Made by a program: the position numbers and the translations under genes. Under the pieces are notes generated by a model that saw nothing but the letters and a program-made list of their open reading frames with translations, searched no databases and had not been told where the DNA came from. Of a stretch of 64,000 nt of DNA, positions 20,591 through 34,314 are shown one piece after another. This DNA comes from Lama guanicoe (Eukaryota): positions 4,132,214 to 4,196,213 of the forward strand of contig MU054323.1 in NCBI GenBank assembly GCA_013239625.1, given 5' to 3'. Each line of letters starts with the position of its first letter. Within the stretch, counting starts at the first letter, position 1.

Positions 20591-22485
20591 GGGATACTCT
20601 CATTTGAAAAAACTTAAATCATAAAACCATAAAAACAATCCATAAAAAGTATTTTGAGTCATAACCCTCCTCTGCATACATTTGCCGTGAGAATTTATTG
20701 CTACTTTAGTGTAGCTTTTTGTTGCATTGAGAATTTTGCTTTGTTGGTTCTCAGCAATCATTTTGTTGAGCATTTCTGTAGGGCCACAGATGGAGATTCA
20801 CAAAGATGACTAGGACATGATGTGTAATCCTGAAGAGTTTGATGTCTTATAATGTGGTCCATTTGATTTAGTGGGAAGAGCTTTTAGCTGCAGGAGGTTG
20901 GTCAGTGCACCAGCAGTAGTACCTGTGGAGTCCTTAAACCTACTTGAGGGCAACCTAAAGATGCATAATACATAGATTCACATCAGTGGCTCCTGGGTTC
21001 AGCCCACTGCCTACCCTTGGCTGCCCTAGTTTAGGAACATCCCTCCTTTCACAGAGTGGACCAGAGTCAGGTGGCATTTCCCTGAATACACTGATTGCCT
21101 AGTAGCCCTTTCAGATCTGTATGCTTAGATGAGTCCTTAAATTCCCACTTCTGTTATCACCTCCTTCTTTAGCTCCCTTACTCTTTAAGAAAATGAAAAG
21201 TTGTCTTAAAAACCCTGGAAAGTGGCAGGCCAGTTCTTTTGGCCCATAGGAGAGTGGACAGTTTATCTGGGAATGAGTTTCCTACTGGATGGGCTAGCTT
21301 TGCTCTTGGGTGGTTTGACAGTGTTCTGGTTCTCAAAACCCAGCTACCAACCCCGCTTTTTGTGATTCCTTTGGTTCCTTTGGTTTCAGAAACTCTCCTG
21401 GACTCTTCTTCCTTTATTGGGTACTATGAAGTTCATCTGGCTTCCTATGATAAGCAGACCCTTTTATGCTAGTTTGCTGTAGTCTAGGATAAAGCTCTGA
21501 CAGTACTTGTTAAAACTCACATGGATAAGAGTACAAGTATGTCAGTTTAGAGAGACATGATTATACATGGGCTCTATTCTTTTTGGTCTTCCTATGTCCT
21601 GTGAGGAGGATGGGGTAAGCCACTCACACAAATGACCAAATGTGCAGTACAGCATGTGAAGTGCAAGCAGGGGCTATGGAGGCTTCGATGAGGGGTAGTT
21701 ACATTCCCTTACAGACACAGGGTGCTGAGAGGAAAAGGTACCACGTAGGATACGTAAGATGTCAATGAACTGGAGGAACAGGAAACTTGTAAAGAAATGC
21801 CCTATATGTCTCCTTCCTGTAGGGTCAGGTGGCCTCTGGGATGAAATGTTTGCATCCCTGGGGTACTTGAGATTTGTATGTCACTAGAAGGTACCTGAAA
21901 ACATGGTTGTTCTGTTAAGACTTTTTGGGGCAGAGGAACATGGAGTGGGGTATATAGAACCTGAGAAATACACCTTTGGGGTCTGAAAGATAGGTGGGTT
22001 TGTGATGCCTCTTTGTCAACAGTTGGAGGGGCCGTAGGGCTTTCAGGGACCTTCAGCAGGAAATCGGAAACAACAAGATCCTTGCCTGTGAAATCTGAGA
22101 TTATGGTTAAATTTTTCCCACGCATGCTTCCAATATTTTTTCTCAAACCATTTTCTCTTCCTAGAATGCCCTTCACTGCTTCTGTTTGCTTTTATCTGCT
22201 CATTCTTCAGTGCCTTAATTAACTGTATTTTTTTGTGATACTTTCATTGGTTCCCCATAAAAATCATATGCTCATTCCACGAGCTCCTGTGACTTTTTGT
22301 ACTTTTTAAAGTATAGCATTAATTATGCACTTCCTTGTGGTCTCCTGATGCTTGTATACACTCCATGTCCCGTAATAGAATGTGGCCCCATTATTTAGCA
22401 AGCACCATGCTAGAAACACATTAACTATGCACTTTGTTGAGTAAATGATGGATGAGCGAGTATTCAGAGAGATTTTTGTCTAGAT

Positions 22486-23198
22486 CAATGGTTGCATTAC
22501 TGTCTCCTAAGGGGTGTTTTGGAAATTTATGGGGGGCACCTTTGGCTATCATAATGATTGGGGGGAATCACTTACTAGATATGAACCAGGTATGCTAGAC
22601 GTCCTGCAATATGTGGTACAGTCCTTCCTCATGAATAATCCTGAGTCTCACAAGAGTTTTGAATGACCCACCAGATATTCAAGTAGGTGGAAAACACGTT
22701 TATAATCATTTGAACCTAGAAGCAAACTCCTCCATTCTATATATTCACACAAAGTTTATTTTTTGCACCATTTTGCTCTATACAGAATTCTCCAGGAATG
22801 CAACCTGTGTGATTGAGAAAAAATTGTTCTCTTTTTTGTTTGGAATTTTACCAAGTGTTGGTTCACCATTTTGGAAAATCTCATCACTGACAGTAGTGCT
22901 GCTTATAATAGCTGAATCACCAATACAGTGCAGCTGCATAGATTTGTATTTGTAGAGGCTTCATTCATGGAGCAACCATCTGACTATTTTATATGTTTTG
23001 GGTAGGCATGCCCAAACAGTCACTTATTAAAATACATATTATTTTATTATAAATTGCTTTCTTTTTACTTCTCTTTTATATTACCAATAGGACACTTTGT
23101 TATTTTAAAATTGTGCACAGAAAGGGTATATAGTGTCTTTGAATTTCATTTCGGGATAGTAAAAGGGGCATTAGGTATAATGAGGTTGAAAACTGCTC
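22486..23198 (+). mobile_element. MER20B-like hAT-Charlie DNA transposon with 8-bp TSD
   Basis: CAATGGTT...GATATTCAAGTAGGTGGAAAACACGTTTATAATC...GAATTTCATTTCGGGATAGTAAAAGGGGC...GGTTGAAAACTGCTC, flanked by GTCTAGAT / ATCTAGGT (hAT NTCTAGAN target). Confidence 0.8.
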
Positions 23199-23305
23199 AT
23201 CTAGGTTGTCAGATTTTCTATCTATTAATGTGGAAAATTTGGGTGCCTTGCTGCAGTTCTCAAAATTTTGTCTAAGGTGTTCTCAGTGAAAATAAACTCA
23301 ATTTA

Positions 23306-24057
23306 TGTGAAGAAAAGGGAACCCTTCTATACTGTTGGTGGGGATGTAGTTTGGTACAGTCATTATAGAAAACAGTATGGAGATTCCTTAAAAAACTGAA
23401 AATAGACTTATCATATGATCCAGCAATCCCACTCCTGGGCATATATCCAGAGGGAACTCTAATTGAAAAAGATATGTGCACCCCAGTGTTCACAGAAGCA
23501 CTATTTACAGTAGTCAAGATGTGGAAGCAATCTAAATGTCCATGGACAGATGATTGGATAAAGAAGTTGTCACACACACACACACAGACACACACAGTGG
23601 AATACTACTCAGCCATAAAAATACAGTGTAGAATAATACCATTTGCAGCAATATGGATACACCTGGAGATTGTCATACCAAGTGAAAAATACCATATGAT
23701 ATCACTTACATATGGAGTTTTAAAACATGAAACAAATGAACTTAACAAAATAGAAACAGATTCACAGACATAGAAAACAAACTTATGGTTATCAGGGGGG
23801 AAATGGGGGAAACTAGAGGGATAAACTGAGAGTTCAATATTTGCAGATACTAACTACTATATATAAAATAGATAAACAACAAGATCCTACTGGGTAGCAC
23901 AGGGAACTATATTCAATATCCTGTAATAACCCATAATGAAAAAGAATAGGAAAAGAAATATATATATATATATATATGAATCACTATGTTGTACACCAGA
24001 AATTACCACAACATTGTAAACTGACTGTACTTCAATTAAAGTGAGGTGGGGGAAGGA
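23306..24057 (+). mobile_element. 5'-truncated artiodactyl L1 (ORF2 C-terminus and 3' UTR) with 17-bp TSD
   Basis: ORF 23474 [30 protein letters not shown] resembles ORF2p CTPMFIAALFTIAKTWKQPKCPSTDEWIKK. TSD AAAATAAACTCAATTTA (23289-23305) / AAAATAAATCCAATTTA (24058-24074). Confidence 0.9.
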
Positions 24058-24311
24058 AAAATAAATCCAATTTACACCAGTGGCCTCAGTTAAAAGCTGA
24101 CATTTCAACATAACTTGAGGGATATCTGGGGAGTTGTTCGCAGTATAATCACTGGAAGTCACATGACAGGGTGAAATTTTCAGAAATGTTAAGATGACCA
24201 GATCTTCTAATTCAAGGGCAGTCCACCCTTTAAGCCTGCCCTGGGTACTCTCATTTTCTGGGCCTCCCTCATGATTCCAGCAGCACCGGTCAAGTTTATC
24301 ATCTTTTAGAA

Positions 24312-24508
24312 CAGTGGTTCTTGCATTTAGGGTGCATCAGAATCAACGGAAAGCTAATTGAAATACAGACTGTTGAGCCCCGTCCTGAGAGTTGCTAGTT
24401 CAGTATGCCTGAGGTGGAGCTTGAGGTTTTGCAGTTTCAACAAGTCCTCAGGTGCTGCTGCTGCTGCTGCTGCTGCTGCTCAGGAGCCCACATGCTGAGA
24501 GCCGCTTG
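24312..24508 (+). mobile_element. MER5A hAT element
   Basis: CAGTGGTTCTT...TGCATCAGAATCA...AATACAGACTG...AACAAGTCCTCAGGTG. Confidence 0.75.
24453..24480 (+). repeat. (TGC)9 trinucleotide repeat within MER5A
   Basis: Direct reading; expansion of the GATGCTGATGCTGCTG stretch of MER5A. Confidence 0.9.
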
Positions 24509-25784
24509 GGAGATGCTAAAAGTTAATATATATTTATTTGCCCCTGCCTTGTTCCAATATGGACTTAAAGCAAGTAATATATTTTTGAAAGAGGAGAAAA
24601 AAAGAAGAAAAATGTGGAACCAGAAATTAGTCTAACACAAACATGCAAATCTAAGGATCTCATAGAATTGATGAGGGGGTGGGTTGTGTACAAATACAGC
24701 GCTAAGTTTTTTGAAAGGCTTTACTGCGAGAAATGCTGCATGTTTTTAAGGTAGAAATTACTGAAAGCACCTGGAAAAGAACCAGTACACTATTCAGAGC
24801 TTCGGTTTGGGTCAGAGTTTCCATGGCCAGCCTGGGGTGGGAGGGGCCTGGTGATTCATTATAATGTATTTTAAGAAGATGAACACACGTAGGCTCGTGC
24901 ACACACACACACACAAGCACACACTTAGCACACTTAGGGGATGGATTGAGTAGCAGATTCACCATGTGCTTCAATTCAGGCAGTCGTGTCATAGCCATTT
25001 AATTTTAAGTAAAGGACAAGAATTAGAAGCTCTAACACCATTTCTTGTTCCATCAATGTAGTTCATTTTTCACTTGCAGATACTTAACTGGGGGAAAAAA
25101 ACTAGGTGGTGAGTGGAGGAAGCTGCCGGTGTAAACCTTCTTCCCAAAGGGACAGGGCAGATTCCATTTTATTTATTGACCTTTATATAAAAATCAGGTC
25201 TGATAGTCACAATGAATCCTTCACACACGACCAAGCTATTCTTGGTTTCTGATTGTCTCCTATAGCGTTTATCTTAATGCTCTTCCATGTGTATAATTTT
25301 CTGGAAAATTTAGTACTTAATATTCTGATGGTTTCCAGTACATGTTTTGTCTTCCCACTGAGACAGTAAGTGATTCAAGGGCAAAATCTATGCCTTACAC
25401 CATTTCTTTATCTTCCAGTGCCGAGCCCACGTGAGGTCTAAATAGTTAGAGCAATAATTCTTCATGTGGGGTAGGGGTGAGGGGACGCATGGAAATCACA
25501 TAGGGAGCTTTTAAAAAACACGCACAGCATGGAACGTCTCGCAGTTGTTAAGGTACTAGATTTAAAGTTTTTATTCATATTATTTGTATTTCCAGCGATA
25601 TTTCAACCTACCTTTTCAAAATCTAGTACCTTAAATATGGGAACTGGGTCTATGATAAAGTCATCACTAAAAAACCAATAGGTAAAAAGTTGGATTATTT
25701 TGTAGCAAATTATAAAGATACTGGTTCACTTATTTGGACAGGAAGACTAGCTGAACCCTTTAATTAAATCATATAAAATATGTT

Positions 25785-26310
25785 ATTTCATTTATTTACC
25801 TGGATACCCTACTATATGCCAAGTGCTTTTTTTAGATTTTGAGGAAAAAGCTATGAGCAAAAGAGACAATGAGCTGCTGGTCTTATGAAGCTTTCACCCC
25901 AGTGGGGTTCTGTGGACAATTAACATGCACATACACAAGTATATTTACATACAAACGCATCCTATTTATATACATACACATATGCAGATACACTTATATA
26001 CAAACACAGTTGTCCCTAGTCAAAATGCTATAAAGGAAACACAAGCATGATAAGACAGTAGGGGCAGATGTTCTTTTACATGGGGAAGTCCTATCTGAGA
26101 AGGTGACAACTGGGCTGAAGTTTTAGCAAAAGGAAGAAGTAGGGCATGAAACAATCTGAGAAAATCATTCTGGGTGGAGGAAACAAGTGACCGCAAAGGT
26201 CTTCAGGCAGAAAGGAGCTTTCTTAGCTTTTATGAGCAACAACACAAAGGCCAATGAGGTGGAGTAGAGTAAGTGAGTGGGAATGTATTAGGAGAGTGGG
26301 GGAGGTGTGT
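25785..26310 (-). mobile_element. L2 3' fragment
   Basis: TTCATTTATTTACCTGGATACCCTACTATATGCCAAG...TCTGAGAAGGTGACAACTGGGCTGA...GGCCAATGAGGTGGAGTAGAGT. Confidence 0.7.
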
Positions 26311-26555
26311 ATATCTTTGTCCTTGATGGTTGAGAGTGGGAATTGGAGAATGAGCTGGAGTAAGCTGAGGGACTAACAAAATCCAGGAATGGGGCCATAA
26401 CGTTTTTCCAAATGTGAATGTATGTTTAACCCCTTATAGGAAGGCCACTGGACTCCACTCAGCAGGTGTTAATTCCCATGCCTCAGACTTTAAGTTGAGT
26501 CATGTGGCTAATGGGCAAGATGTGGTGTCACCAAGCATAAGGAGATCTTGGTAAC

Positions 26556-26890
26556 TGTCTTTGGGCTGTTATGACAAAATACCGCATACTTGGTGGCTTA
26601 TAAACAGAAACTTATTTCTCAGTCCTAGAGGCTAGAAATCTGAGAACAGCATGCCAGCAGAGTTTTGTGAGAGCCGCTTCTTGGGTCAGACTCCTCATTG
26701 TATCCTCACGTGGGAGAAGGGGCTAGGGAGCTCTGTGGGATCCCTTCTGAGAGCAGTAATCTCATTCATGAGGGCACCACTCTCTTGACCTGTCACCTCC
26801 CAAAGATCTCACCTACTATTACCTTCATCTTTAAGGGGTGGGGGCTTCAACATATGGATTTGGGGGGACACAAACATTCAGATCACAGCA
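26556..26890 (-). mobile_element. MLT1A-like MaLR LTR
   Basis: GGGCTGTTATGACAAAATACC...GGCTTATAAACAGAAACTTATTTCTC...GGGGGGACACAAACATTCAGATCACAGCA. Confidence 0.85.
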
Positions 26891-27269
26891 GTTCCCCAAG
26901 TAGAGAAGGAAGTATCAGGTGCTCACAGTGGGCAATGTGAGGTGGTCATATCTTGAGAAAACCCCTCTGGATGCAGCAGAGTTTGCTTCATTTGTGGATC
27001 AGAGTGTTGCCCAAGCTTCTTTCTGGATGGAAGGAGTATGGGTTGTCCTCCCTTCGGTAAAAGTTCCACTGGGAAAGAGTGTGGAAGGTTGGGCTTCATT
27101 TCCCCCTTACCTTTTTTATTCCTGCCTCGAATCTATCCTGTCTAGGGAGGGTTTCTTTCAGTACAATCAAACATGAACATTAAGCTTGGATTGGCATCCC
27201 ATCGAAGCAAGATTTTAAAGGCTTGAAAGATCTAAGCCTATTAGAAGCTTTAGATCTACTCCCAGCCTC

Positions 27270-28015
27270 CTAGGAATTGGCTCATACTATTGTAGGGGCT
27301 GGCCAATCTGAACTTTGTTGGGCAGTTTGGTGGGCTGGAAATTGAGTTGATGTTGCAAGTCTTGCATCCTAATTCCACAGGACAGCAGGCTGGAAACTCA
27401 GCCAGGTATGTTGCAGTCGTCTTTTCTAAAAAGCTTTTTTTCCTCTCTCTTTAACATCTATGTTTATTTCTTCCAGCTTTACTGAGGTATAATTGACAAA
27501 TAAATTGCATATATTTAAAATGTACAGTGTGATGATTTGACATATGTATACATTGTGAAATATCACAGTCAACTTTAATTAACATATCCATCACCTCAAC
27601 GGATACCTTTTTTTATTTTTCTTTCCCCATGGTGTGAATGCTTAAGATCTACTCTCTCAGTACATTTCAAGTATGCAATGCAGTCTATGTTGCAGTCTTG
27701 GGTAGAATTCCTTCTATTTCAGGGAACCTCAGTTTTTGTTCCTAAGGCCTTCCATGCTTAGATGAGGTCCACCTATGTTATGGAGGGGAATTTGATGATT
27801 TATTTACTCAAAGTCTACTGATTTACTTATTTACTAATTTTTACTGATTTAATTGTTTACTTATTTAGTTATTTACTTATGATTTACTCATTCACTGATT
27901 TAATGATTTTCTTATAGTCTATATATCTAAAAATATCTTTATAGAGACATCTAGACTGGTGTTGAACCGAGCAACCAGGCACATAGCCTAGCTAAGTTGA
28001 CACATAATGATCACA
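27270..28015 (-). mobile_element. MLT2 (ERVL) LTR, interrupted by an L1 3' end
   Basis: AGGAATTGGCTCATACTATTGT...CATCTAGACTGGTGTT...CTAGCTAAGTTGACACATAA...CACA. Confidence 0.8.
27419..27685 (-). mobile_element. L1MA-type 3' end with 12-bp TSD
   Basis: CAGCTTTACTGAGGTATAATTGACAAATAAA...AACATATCCATCACCTC; TSD TATGTTGCAGTC at 27407-27418 and 27686-27697. Confidence 0.85.
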
Positions 28016-28087
28016 GAGTCTTCACTAAGCTGCCTTATATATTAAAATGAACTGGATTTTCCTTGGGTATAGAAATTGTTCTTTGGG

Positions 28088-28340
28088 TTTACAGTATGTA
28101 AAAGTTCAGACCATTATCTCTGGAATTAGATTCCTGGGTTTGAATCATAACCTCACCACGTACCAGTTCTCTAAACTTTGGATAATTAATCTGTTTGTGC
28201 TTTAGCTTTCTTATCTGTAAAATATGGCTAGTCTCATCACATAAGGCTAGTAGAAGGATTGAATGAATTAATGCAAACAAAGGACCTAAAACTGTCATAT
28301 ATGGAAGTGCTCAGTAAATATTAGCTATAGTTCTGAACAT
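28088..28340 (+). mobile_element. MIR SINE
   Basis: CCTGGGTTTGAATC...CTTTAGCTTTCTTATCTGTAAAAT...AGGATTGAATGA...AAGTGCTCAGTAAATATTAGCTAT. Confidence 0.8.
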
Positions 28341-31300
28341 GACTATCGTTATTAGATGGTTTTGAGGACAGGGGCTGGGGGCCCACGAAACAGGCAAAGA
28401 CAAGTCAGTGGAAGGAACTGTTACGAGCAAGGACAGACCTCAGCAACAGGGCCAGGGCTAAGGAGGGAAAGGATCAGTAAAGGTAAGGAATGCGTTATAG
28501 CTAGTAGATTTTAGAAGTATTTAAGTTTTCATTTTTAGTCTTGTAATTTATTATGACATCCCCAAGTGTTCAGGGAAGTTGGTTAAGTACTACAGTCCAG
28601 TGCCAGTCATGGTTTACAATTGCCTTGGGGACTAGAAGCACTCCGTGTTTGCATTCCCAGGAAATTGTGTGATGGGGAAGTGATTTAGGGACTCCAGTGA
28701 TTTTATTTGAACATTAAAAGAAAGAATGACTCTGGAATTGGAATGCTGGGGGACATTTCAGTAATACACACATAAGCCATTTTGCTTTCCATCTGATATC
28801 TTGTGTACCAGCCATGCTCACTGCTCATTGTCTGCCATGTTGACCTGTTCTTTTCTGTCTCTTGATTTTTGTGTATGTGAAAACAATGCCTTTGGATATT
28901 TAGAGGGATATTTTTTACTTTGCTTAGAACAGATTCAAACAAGTAAAGAGGGAGAATTGTTAAAATCAGGTGTTTGGGATACTCTCTGGCAGCTCTGGTC
29001 AGGCTAACAGTGGTTGGGCACATTGTGACGATACTCCAGAGCAAAGTCGGTAAAACTTTGATTGCTTCCCTTAATTGCTCACCTCATCCTGAAGATGTGG
29101 GTTCCAGGCCCAGCCTTAGGACTCGAAAAGGCCAATTTGAGATTGGTCGGACTTGAGCACCTTGCAAACAGCTATCACAAGCCAAGTCACTGGTGCCCGG
29201 CAAGGAAATTAGCATTTATCACATTTCAGTAAAAATGATGTGGCCCAGTTAAATTAGATTTCCTTTCATTTACAATAGAGTTAAAATCCTATTTAGCTAT
29301 AATCCAGCCATTGTAAAATTGGTTACAAGGATCCTAATTTTCTGAGATATTGAAGCCTCTCCTTTCTATCAGAGCATCTTGATTTTATCCATTTTCATCC
29401 ATCGTTAAATTTCTTATGGCTGAGAATGCCAGAGGCGACCTACCTTTCCAATCCGTTGCTGAATTCAGCAGTAACTGGATTGAGATCGGAAACATTTATT
29501 TTAGTCAATGCCTTATCTGTTCTTTTCCACTATTTTAAACACTACTGAGGGTCAGACTGAAAAGCCATCTCTGATTCTAACTGTAATCAAGCGGGAAATA
29601 GTTTTATTTTATTTTAAACTAATATCAAGCCTAAGAAGACAGCATCATTTTGTGCAGTGGGATTGAATGGCCCATCCTGCCATTGCTGAAAATTTACAGT
29701 TTGCATATCTTACCACAAAATCTGTGCTCATGTGGTGTTTCAACTTGAAATTCTCTGAACCTTCTTTTTACTTAAATTGACGTCTCTCTCATTTGGGAGC
29801 CAGCTCAGGCTTCACCACCTCTAGGAACTAGTCTCAGGTGACCTCTGTCCTTCATGTGAATTCCTGCTGCTCTGAAGTCCTTTGTTACCTGTTCAGTCTG
29901 CTCATCCACAGTGTGGTGTCCGTAGCTGCTTCTGTGTAAGTCTTGCCTCACCATCCAAATAGGAACTGTGAAGGCTGGTACTGTGGCTCAGATGGCTCCA
30001 TCTGCTTCATTTAGTTGACAGAGAACACCTGCTGATGAAGTGATTACAACAAGGGGAAGCCTTGTGTGCCAGGTTTTCTGGGTTCCTGACATGGATCCTT
30101 AGAATGTTAAGAAGATAATCCTAAAAGGAGCTTCTTGCTCCTTCCCTTCAGTTCCTTCTAGGCCTTAGTACCTTCCAGGGAGCTGTCAGTTAGCTCAGCA
30201 GCTCAAGGTGTGAGGTACTGTGTGATCTGGGAGGTGCGGGCGGGGTGGAGTCGGGGCAGCTGTGCCTCGTAGTGGGTGCTGAGCTCACTGGTTTGCCAGG
30301 CACTGCTGCTTCCTTCCCTGAAGAGCAGGGATTGACTCTGCCATGGATCCTCACCATTCCTCCTCCTTGCCCTGGGTGCACGATGAACACTACAGCTTTC
30401 CCTTGGAGTCATCTGCAAAGAGACACAGAGGACAGGATTAGAGTGTTTGTACAGAACTTAGGTTGCTTTGATTCAGAGCAGGAGATGGGGCAGGAAGCAG
30501 CATTTGTGGTCCTGACCTTGGTGCTCAGTATTCTCGGTGAGCTGGAGAGTGAGTGTGCATGAAACCAGAATGCCACCACCAACAGCACGTCCCTGAGGCA
30601 AGGCTGCCTGAGCACATGCTTCAGTCCTGCTCTGTTGGCGGTGTGAGGATTTGGGGTGCAGAGACTCGTCTAATATGGCGCCTGCATTTGAGTTGCTGAA
30701 CCCTCTACCTGTGGAGACTAAACCGGAGCCCAGTGCCAGGCTACGTATCCTCTGGGTCCCAAAATTCAAAGAAGAGGAATTCTCTGACGCAGGTAGTGGG
30801 GTAGGGAGAGAGACATGTAGAAGGATCAGGGAAAATGGAATTTTATCTATTTGTTATTCAACAAACCTAGTGAACTCTCATCAGCCAGAATGTACAGAAA
30901 TGAAAATGTTCTTTCCTTGAGGGGGAGGAAGCAAGGGGCAGTAACAATGGGGCGTGACATGAGCTGTGTCGTGGAGAGCATGGGAGCTGCGACAGCCCCA
31001 GGCAGGGGCACTTCACCAGCCGAGGCTTCCTGGAGCTGAAGACGCAGAAGGCATGAAAAAGACTGTCAAAATGCTTTTCTTTTTCAAACTTATTAAACAG
31101 AGTGTCACCCAGAGTGCCGACAGAAAGAACTGCTCACTGTTCCAGAAAGTTTGGGTCAAGTGTTTTTGGCTCTGTTATTTTGTTTTCCAAAGTCAAATCA
31201 CTTATTATGATGACTTTGTGAAGAAGGAATCTTCTGAGGCTCTCTCTGGAATAAATCACATTTTACCACAGAAAATACACTGAAGGAAGGGTTAAACACG

Positions 31301-32404
31301 AGCCCGGGCTGCCCCCAGTACCTTCCTCAGTTCCGTGGGTGCTGGGCAGCTGTGGTTGCAGCCCTTTGCCGAGGAGACCCCTCCTTGCAGGGCCCATAGC
31401 TCTCCTTCCTCTCACAGATGACCGTCCTCTGAGATGGTGCACAGAATATGGAATGAACTTAGAAGGGGGAGCCACTCTCTGACACAGGCCTGACCTTGCC
31501 TGGGGTCTGGCTCACCTTTTTGTTCTCCCTGTCTACTGAGGACCTTCTGAGTTTTTCTCAGGGAGACTTTGTCATCTCACCTTCGTCCACAATGAGCCCC
31601 ATTCCCCATCCTTGGTTAAAAATGTGGTGTCAACAGGATTAATATCCGAGGGCAGAGAACATGGCTTCACGATTGCTTTGCTGTTCCAGGTACCCTTAGA
31701 GGTTGTCACCAAGGGAACACAGGGATTCTGAATGTGATGGATATAGGGCCTCCATCTGAATAATCCAATAGGACCCTCAGAGAAGGTCAGGGCTCTCTTT
31801 GGCTTAGCCATTCAAACCCCTTCCTCTTCTAAGTCCCCTATTATGACAGGAGTTGGCTCCCCAAGCTCTGAGGGGCAGGGACAGTCTGGCTGGGGAGCTC
31901 TGTCTGGTAGAAATGGGGAAAATGGCAGTGCATTTCTCCCTCAATGGCAGTGTGAGTGAGGCAACTCCTGCTGCATTAGTCACGTGGACCAGAGGCACTG
32001 TTGCAAGTCAACCAGCCGAGGTTGGGGAGCCTTCTTCCTAGCCTGCTGTAGAATGCCTTGGTGGGAAGGAGTCTGGGCAAGCCACACTGAGTCACTAAGG
32101 TCGAGGGACCTCACAGTCAAATCCAAGGAAGCATTTCTCCTCCTATGATCCAGGCTTTTCTCTCTTGAACTGAGCTTTCTCATAGCTCAGACATGCTGTT
32201 CTGAAAGATACACTGTGAGAGATAAGGTAAGATTTGAAGTCATAGGCCAAAGACTCCTGTATCTATTCTCCTAGGGACACAGAGTTCTGCACAAAGCCCT
32301 TCCCCAATTCACCATAGCCCTCTTACAGTTTTCATGGTGGGAACTTAAGGATGGTAGAATGGAGACCCTAGAATTGGAATTAACCACCTGGATGTTGTTT
32401 AACA

Positions 32405-32640
32405 GAAGAGCGGGGGGTCCAGGCCCATGGCTCTGTCTAAGTTATCTTTATCCTTCTGCTATCTGTCAGGCCTTGTGCTGTGTAGCCTTGAGAAAATGAT
32501 CTTACCTTTTTGAACCATATCTGTAAATTGGGGTTATTAATGCCCATCTCATAGGGTTTTCAGAAGAGTAAATCAAAATAGAGGATTTCATATAGTGCCT
32601 GGCAAACAGTAAACCCCTCTGAAAATGGCAGTTATTATTA
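32405..32640 (+). mobile_element. MIR SINE
   Basis: ATCTGTAAATTGGGGTTATTAATGCCCATCTCATAGGGTT...TAGTGCCTGGCAAACAGTAA...GGCAGTTATTATT. Confidence 0.7.
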
Positions 32641-33279
32641 CGAGGGTTTGATCATGACAACTGGATGGCCACAGCTGCTCCTGAGGGCCAGGACACCCCA
32701 GCCTCTGAGGATAGTGGTGGAGCTGGACAGGGAAGTCTGGCCTTATGATGTTTGACCCTATTACTCTATTCTCTCTGGTAGCCAGACTTGCTACAGAGAT
32801 GATTCACCTTTGCCTAGTGCCAAGGCTGCCTGAGATTCTGGTTTGTATTCTACTGAGGCCTGGAACAAAGCCAGGGAAACACAATGAAGGATGCTTCCCT
32901 TTGTGTCTACAGCTGCTTCCTGGTTACAATGGGCCATTGTTGTGCTAGGCCACAATGGAAGGGAAGTGTGACTGATTGGCCAATTGATTCTGTCTCATGG
33001 GCCTCAGAGGCTCTTCTCTGTCAGGGGCATCTGAGGTTTAAGAAGTTGTCTCAAACAGTAGATTAGTTATTACTGACTGGCAGGTGGATTGTTGAACTTA
33101 ACTGTTTTCTCCTTCTCTATAATAGAATGATGCCTTCATGAGTTTTGTCCTGTGACTTTGGTGTACATCCCAACCAATGGGATACTAGTATATATGGTGT
33201 GAGCAGACTCTATGAGTGTGGTTGGGTTGTTTGGCTTGATCTCTTGTATTTCTGCTCTCTGCCAAGGAATAACATGCTT

Positions 33280-33471
33280 TGGATAGCTCTAATCCATGAT
33301 AAGATACATGGAATGTACCTGAACTCTATCTTTAGTCCAGATCCAAACCTAGCAGAGCCCAGTTATCTGTAGACCTATGAGGGAGAAAAATGAGTGTTTG
33401 TTGTTATAAGCCAGTGAGATTTGGGGAGTGTTTGTCTTGCACATTGTTTTGAAGCAGTAGCTGACTAATGC
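33280..33471 (+). mobile_element. Old MLT1 LTR 3' part
   Basis: TGTTTGTTGTTATAAGCCAGTGAGATTTGGGGAGTGTTTGT...GCAGTAGCTGACTAATGCA. Confidence 0.7.
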
Positions 33472-33942
33472 AATGACATGTGGGTTCTCTAGTAAAGAAA
33501 GGATCAGCAGGAGACTCTGATGGCTCCATATTGATGTAAGCCCCTTGAAGAAAGACATACTTTTCTGAACCAGAATGCTCAATTATCTTTTGTCCTGGAG
33601 GAGACCATAGAAAGCACAGGTTGGGCATGGTTTGTCCCCTTTCTGCTCCGAATACCCAACTTGGAGCCCTCTTCAGAGTAGAGTTGATAATATATGTTAG
33701 ATATTATTGGAATGAGTTGAAACACAGCCAGGCTAGGGAGGGCTTTATCTCTGAAAACAAGGCTTTCTGTAGGAGCTTCCAAGATGCAAATCAGAGAAAA
33801 GGCCATGAGAAGAGCAGACCTAGCCTACCCAGGACAAGGCCAGCTGCAAGAGAAATTTTAGAAATGCTCTGAGGCTTTGAAGAGTGTGGGCAGATTTTGT
33901 TCTCCAAAGGTTGCTAGAGAATACACTTAATGTATCATTTTC

Positions 33943-34314
33943 TGCCTCAGTCAGTCCTGGCTGCTGTGGTGGAATATTGCAAACAAGGTAGCTTAAACAA
34001 CAGGAATTTATTTCCCACAGTTCCGGAGCCTGGAAAGTCTGAGATCAGGGTGCGAACATGGCTGGGTTTTGGTGAGAACTCTCTTCCTTGTTTGCAGATG
34101 GCTGTCTTCTTGATGTCCCCACATGGCCAAGAGCAGAGAGACAGAGCAAGCAAGCTCTCTCCTGTGTCTTCTTCTAAGGGCACTAATCCCATCAGGGGTT
34201 CCACCTGCATGACCTAATTCCCTCTCAAAGGCCCTACCTGCACACACTATCAAATTGGAAATTAGGGTTTCAACATTTGAATTTTGAGAGGACACAAACA
34301 TTCAGTCGATAGCA
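33943..34314 (-). mobile_element. MLT1A0-like MaLR LTR
   Basis: GCTTAAACAACAGGAATTTATTTCCCACAGTTCCGGAG...AAGGGCACTAATCCCATCA...GGACACAAACATTCAGTCGATAGCA. Confidence 0.85.

Noticed and set aside
23272..23773. 107-aa (minus) and 99-aa (plus) ORFs
   Set aside because: Sense and antisense readings of a truncated L1 ORF2 C-terminus.
24405..24635. ORF with a poly-Cys run
   Set aside because: Produced by a (TGC)9 repeat inside MER5A.
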